Assembly: GCA_000165345.1 (NCBI GenBank)
Contig: CM000436.1
Location: forward strand, 512,001-576,000
Direction: 5' to 3'
Length of the DNA: 64,000 bases
Under the pieces are notes generated by a model, which made no database searches, was not told the origin of the DNA, and was given only the letters and a program-made list of their open reading frames with translations. The position numbers and the translations under genes are program-made. Within the stretch, counting starts at the first letter, position 1, and the number at the start of each line of letters is the position of its first letter. Shown here in pieces: positions 60,068 through 64,000 of the stretch.

Positions 60068-61547
60068 TTTGAAAGTATTAATCAAGTATAACCGTAACAA
60101 TAATAAAATATTAATATAATAAAAGGAAAACAGAGAAAGAGTTTATTAATGTATTTCTTTTTCTTCTATATATTGTTGGGATAATAATTGAATAATAATG
60201 ACCAGTTTTAAAAGGAAATATAATTATAAATTGAAATGAATTTCACTATTTAAAGTAATGCCAAGTTTTGAGAGTTTAATAATTAAGGTAAAATATATAC
60301 CTTAATTATTCCCCTATATAGGCCATGCAAGTTCTGGGAATATTAATACAAAACAATTTTTATGATGAAATTATATATTATTAACCAAAAAATTACAGTT
60401 AAAGCTTTCAAGAACAACTAGGAATAGTAATTCTCTTGGAAGTCCAGTAAATGCTATTCCATCAAATGATGAGGTTTTTTTATATTAAAAAAAGTATAAA
60501 ATAATAAAAATCAATTTTGGGTAAGATTGATTTTTTCCTTTTTTTTTTCTCACTATAATTTGACAGGAAAATTTCAATATTTTTGACTTGTCAAAAATAT
60601 GTACTAGTAAAAAATACTGCAAAAATATTTCTTAATGATGTCAAATTATCATATTATTAATTCAAATTAAGTAATTTAAAGGCCTATTTAATTAGAGACA
60701 ATTCAAAATAAATAATTTGGGGGTGGCGCGCTTTAACAAGCTATTATTAATATTTCTATTAATAAATAATTGTAACAAGAGGAGTTGGTCTAGGCGGGTC
60801 AATTTATAATATTTATAATTTATATTGAAATATAAATGAAGTTAATATAATTAGAAGAAGTAATCAAATAAATAATAATAAAATTAGTATTTTTGATGGA
60901 TAAATAAGATGATAAAAAGAAGAGAAGAAAAAGAATGTATTTAAGGGAATGGAAAAATATTATTAAATAATTGAGGATAATATTTGAGGTCTAAATATAT
61001 ATATTTATCAAGTTGGATTAAATCAAGTATATATTTCTCATATATTATATATACATACTTTACTTTTACTTTTTCTTTTTATTAAAAGCAAATTATGAAA
61101 TAAATTAATTAAAATCAAAATGGGACTATAGTTCAAAACTTTTGGTAATATAGTTAAATTTTGGGTCTTAATTAATAAATAAGGAATTAACAAGAGATTA
61201 TTTATTGATATTATTTTTAATTATCAAATTTAATTATCAAATAACATGTATGCATGCATGCAAAAAGGTATTATATATTATGGACCAAAAATAAATTAAT
61301 GGACAGTTTTGGCGGTAAACTGATGAATTAAAAAGTAAAAATATAAGGTAATTTTAAATATTAAAGGGAGTAAAGAGATTAAAAGATATAATAATAGTAA
61401 AAGTAATTGTATTAATTTTTCTCCTTTTAGAGGGATAGATTACGGATAAGAGGAATACTTGGTGACTATAAATAAAGTTTTGAAAAGTTTTCTTCAAGTT
61501 AATAAATAAAAAGGAAAAGAACATATTTTGGGATTATTTGTACAATA

Positions 61548-62768
61548 ATGTCAAAAAGAGTGGCTGATTTTCAATTAACTAGTGAAAATTATGATTTAGA
61601 GGAGAGAAAGTTGTGTGGATTATCGTCTAAAGAAAATGGCAAGAATGAGGAAGGTATAGGAGGAGATGTAATAGAAAATAAGGAAGAGATAAGTACAAGA
61701 AAGATTGTTAGAATAAGAAAAAGGTATGATGATTTAGGCGATTCTGGAAGTTTACTCACACCTGATACTGCCACGAATTCTGAGCCGATTCCAGTAGTTT
61801 CAACTTTTGGAAAAGACTTAAAAGATGAGAAATCAGGTATTAATGATAACATTATAGATAGTAGTTTGGATGAAAAACAAAATAAAGAGGAAGAGAAGAA
61901 CGAAAATAAGGATAAAGATGAGGAGGAAAAGAATGAAAATGAGGATAAGGAAGAAGCGAATGAAAAGAAGAATGAAGAAGAAGCGAACGATAAGAAAGGA
62001 GAAGGTGAGATTGAAACTCAAAAAGAGGTTGAAAATAAGGAAGAAGAAAACCATAAGGAGGAAATCCTTCCATTTGGAAATTCGGGATTAAGTAGTAGTT
62101 TCAAGAATCCATTTATATCTTTAGCAGCGAATACTGAAAATAGTAACTTCTTATTTTCAGGTTTCAGTGGAGCTACAAAGAATAATAGTATCGGAATATT
62201 TGGAGCATCAGGTGGAGATGGTACGGGCACTACTGGAGGTGAAGAAGATGAGGAAAATAATGAAGAAGCAAATGAGGAACCTGAGATTGAAAGTAAAGCT
62301 TTCACAGGTGAGGAACACGAGGAAACTGTTTATCAATGCAAAAATGTGGATTTGTTTATGCTCAAAGTTTTAGAAAATGAGGAGAAGTCATTTAGAAAGT
62401 TAGCAACGGGAATAATTCATTTGAATATTCCAAAAGATCAGAATCTTTCTGAATTGCCAGAAACTTCTGATAAAAACGAGGATACTCTTGAAGATCAAGT
62501 TTCAAAAACTATTACTCAGCCTAGAATAATCTTTCGTCAAAAAGGAATTTATAAGGTATTATTGAATTCCCCTTTGAATCCTGAAATTTCTAAAACTTTT
62601 CAAAGGAATTCTAATATACGTAAAGGTTATGCTGTTAATTTTATAGCTGTTGGTCCAGAATCAGAAATTCAGCAATGTATGCTTAGATTCCAAAATGAGT
62701 CAGATTTGATTGATTTTACTGATAAAGTTCACCAAATTGTTCACCAACATTACTCCAAATCTGAATAG
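61548..62768 (+). CDS. Nup50/Nup2-like nucleoporin: an N-terminal importin-alpha-binding motif, an acidic/FG-like middle and a C-terminal Ran-binding domain.
   Basis: MSKRVADFQLTSENYDLEE compares with human NUP50 MAKRNAEKELTDRNWDQED. FG-like FSGFSGATKNNSIGIFGASGG is present. The C-terminal RanBD FTGEEHEETVYQCKNVDLFML...RIIFRQKGIYKVLLNSPL...CMLRFQNESDLIDF compares with RanBP1 TGEEDEEVLFKMRAKLFRF...IRLLMRRDKTLKICANHYI...LAIRFLNAENAQKF. Confidence 0.75.
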   Translation: MSKRVADFQLTSENYDLEERKLCGLSSKENGKNEEGIGGDVIENKEEISTRKIVRIRKRYDDLGDSGSLLTPDTATNSEPIPVVSTFGKDLKDEKSGINDNIIDSSLDEKQNKEEEKNENKDKDEEEKNENEDKEEANEKKNEEEANDKKGEGEIETQKEVENKEEENHKEEILPFGNSGLSSSFKNPFISLAANTENSNFLFSGFSGATKNNSIGIFGASGGDGTGTTGGEEDEENNEEANEEPEIESKAFTGEEHEETVYQCKNVDLFMLKVLENEEKSFRKLATGIIHLNIPKDQNLSELPETSDKNEDTLEDQVSKTITQPRIIFRQKGIYKVLLNSPLNPEISKTFQRNSNIRKGYAVNFIAVGPESEIQQCMLRFQNESDLIDFTDKVHQIVHQHYSKSE

Positions 62769-63318
62769 TCAATTAATTTAGTTTATTACAATGCTAGCTT
62801 TACTTTTTTTTTTCTTATTTGATTTCTGCATGAACTTCCCGCCAATTTTAGAAATTTATTTTTTTCCCTTCTTCAAGTTACATGCAGTAATTGCATGCAA
62901 TATTGACGTTGTTTTGAATTGTTGGATATACCCGTAAGTACATAATAATTATTTAATTAAATTAAACAAAAGTTGTATATTTTAGGGATAGAATTAAAGA
63001 AGGAAAGATATACAAAGGAAAGGAGATAGAAAAAACAAGACGAAGGAAAAAAAGAGAAGGAGATAGGAAAAACAAGACGAGAGAAAAAGAGAAAGAAAAG
63101 AAATAAAAGGCGCGTTATCATGCGTATATTCATTCATTGAAGGAGAAAAGTATGATGTTTTAGACAATATAAAAAAACACTGGATAAAAGTTAAGTAAAA
63201 TAAAGTAAACCATTTATTGAAGTTAATAGCTACCAAATTTATGAACATTTATTTGGGGCTTATTATTAATTATTATATATTTCAAATATATTAATTCCCC
63301 ACTATAGAAATCAACACA

Positions 63319-63332
63319 TTGGCGCCGGCGGG
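63319..63332. promoter_or_regulatory. E2F-like site TTGGCGCCGGCGGG upstream of the PX-domain gene. A CTTCCCGCCAAT site lies at 62835-62846.
   Basis: GGCGCC core about 270 bp upstream of ATG 63600. A TATACCGGG box lies at 63513-63521. Confidence 0.45.
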
Positions 63333-63599
63333 ATCGATACATGGAATAAGTCATTTCAAATAGATCCAGGGACCGAGGGAAAATTGTAGGAGAGGATGTA
63401 TGGTGAAGGAAAGTAGGGGAAAAAAGTAGGTAAATGATAGAATATAAAATTTTAAAATAACAAATTCTATTTTGATTTGGGATGTTGAAGTAAATCGAGA
63501 GTTAAAAAGTATACCGGGTTTCTTTTTTTTCATATCAAATTTTGAAGGTATTATTGATTTTAGTTAGAGTGGGAAGGTAATTATAGAAAGAAAGCTAAA

Positions 63600-64000
63600 A
63601 TGGATACTGAAAGATTTAAGATTGAAATGCTGGATTATTATAATAGTTCTCAGGGAATGGTTTATCGTATAAATATATATAATAAAAAGAATAATGAATC
63701 ATGGGATATAGAAAGAAGTTTTAAGGATTTTGAACAAGTTGATCAATTATTTCAATATAGATATCCAAATATTCCAAAAGTAAGTAATAATTACTTTATT
63801 CTACTACCTATTTCTTTATAAGTTTTTCTTAACTTTATTCTTTCTAATATATTTTACAGCTTCCTTCAAGAGGATGGTGGTGGCAGAAGAATAAAGAATT
63901 CTACGAAAATAGGTTTCACAACCTTAAAGAATATCTTTATAGTGTCTTAGAAAGCGATTTTAGTATTGAAAATATGGTTTTAGCATATTTTTTGGATTTA
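63600..64000 (+). CDS. PX-domain protein (sorting-nexin-like), 5-prime partial in this window: join(63600..63779, 63860..>64000).
   Basis: Exon 1 is MDTERFKIEMLDYYNSSQGMVYRINIYNKKNNESWDIERSFKDFEQVDQLFQYRYPNIPK. Exon 2 is LPSRGWWWQKNKEFYENRFHNLKEYLYSVLESDFSIENMVLAYFLDL. Together these give the PX consensus R(R/S)(Y/F)xDFxxLxxxL...PxLPxK...(E/D)xRxxxLxx(F/Y)L. The ORF-track protein runs into the intron (VSNNYFILLPISL), which breaks the domain. Confidence 0.7.
63780..63859 (+). other. 80-nt phase-0 spliceosomal intron in the PX-domain gene.
   Basis: The donor is CCAAAA|GTAAGTAAT and the acceptor is ATATATTTTACAG|CTTCCTTCA. Removing it restores an uninterrupted PX domain. Confidence 0.7.

Noticed and set aside
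61833-62373. Cluster of overlapping K/R/E-rich ORFs on both strands inside the Nup50-like gene.
   Set aside because: These are artefacts of the purine-rich (GAA/GAG/AAG)n acidic region. The plus-frame protein carries the conserved Nup50 N-terminus and the C-terminal RanBD.
1-64000. Ciliate or alternative genetic code (TAA/TAG as Gln), or a Dictyostelium origin.
   Set aside because: Long conserved ORFs (XPB, TBP, NAT10, GCN1) read through without internal TAA/TAG under the standard code. The promoter motifs (GGCGCC, GCATGCA) and the orphan ARPC1 point to Apicomplexa rather than Dictyostelium.
1-64000. Prokaryotic-style systems (CRISPR arrays, restriction-modification, toxin-antitoxin, phage defence islands, IS elements).
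   Set aside because: The sequence is eukaryotic nuclear DNA. It has monocistronic genes with their own promoters, spliceosomal introns and eukaryote-only proteins (TBP, TFIIH, nucleoporin). It has no direct-repeat/spacer arrays and no transposase-like ORFs.

Overview
This window is a gene-dense, AT-rich (about 70% AT) eukaryotic chromosomal segment, most likely from a Cryptosporidium-like apicomplexan. The standard genetic code applies: long ORFs are uninterrupted by TAA/TAG. Almost every intergenic spacer carries GGCGCC / TTTGGCGCCAAA (E2F-like) and GCATGCA / TGCATGCA (AP2-type) motifs, both reported as upstream motifs in Cryptosporidium. I support 22 protein-coding genes, two of them spliced (introns of 68 and 80 nt with GTAAGT donors and YAG acceptors). 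None of the features are prokaryotic: no operons, CRISPR arrays or IS elements. I found no tRNA or rRNA.

Recognisable products are mostly housekeeping or nuclear: an ENTH/epsin-like protein, mannose-6-phosphate isomerase, a giant GCN1, XPB/ERCC3, Cwc15, NAD kinase, an orphan ARPC1, a divergent dynamin-related GTPase, NAT10/Kre33, a NAA60-like GNAT, OGG1, TBP, a T1-BTB (KCTD-like) protein with an (SQ)n tract, Rrp5, a P5-type (PPALP) ATPase, a Nup50/Nup2-like Ran-binding nucleoporin and a PX-domain protein. There are also several lineage-specific low-complexity proteins, including a (PM)n-rich one, and a hypothetical signal-anchor protein.

The most interesting items are these:
- A divergently transcribed pair of paralogous, lineage-specific secretory-pathway membrane proteins (47832-49973 and 50370-52751). 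They share a promoter that carries direct repeats.
- A composite cis-module recurring at least 8 times: TATACCGG, then the palindrome TGCAAATTTGCA, then GCATGCATGCAA, then ATGACGTG.
- A promoter-like motif cluster, including a perfect 9+9 palindrome, embedded inside the ARPC1 coding sequence.
- A 34-36 bp intergenic minisatellite carrying TTGACTAT and TCCTCCTCC cores.
- Coding hexanucleotide microsatellites.
- Convergent genes whose stop codons are 1 nt apart.

Several ORF-track entries begin at TTG or GTG rather than ATG (GCN1, Cwc15, ARPC1, the PM-rich gene and the ATPase). I corrected their starts to the first in-frame ATG, or added an upstream exon for ARPC1.
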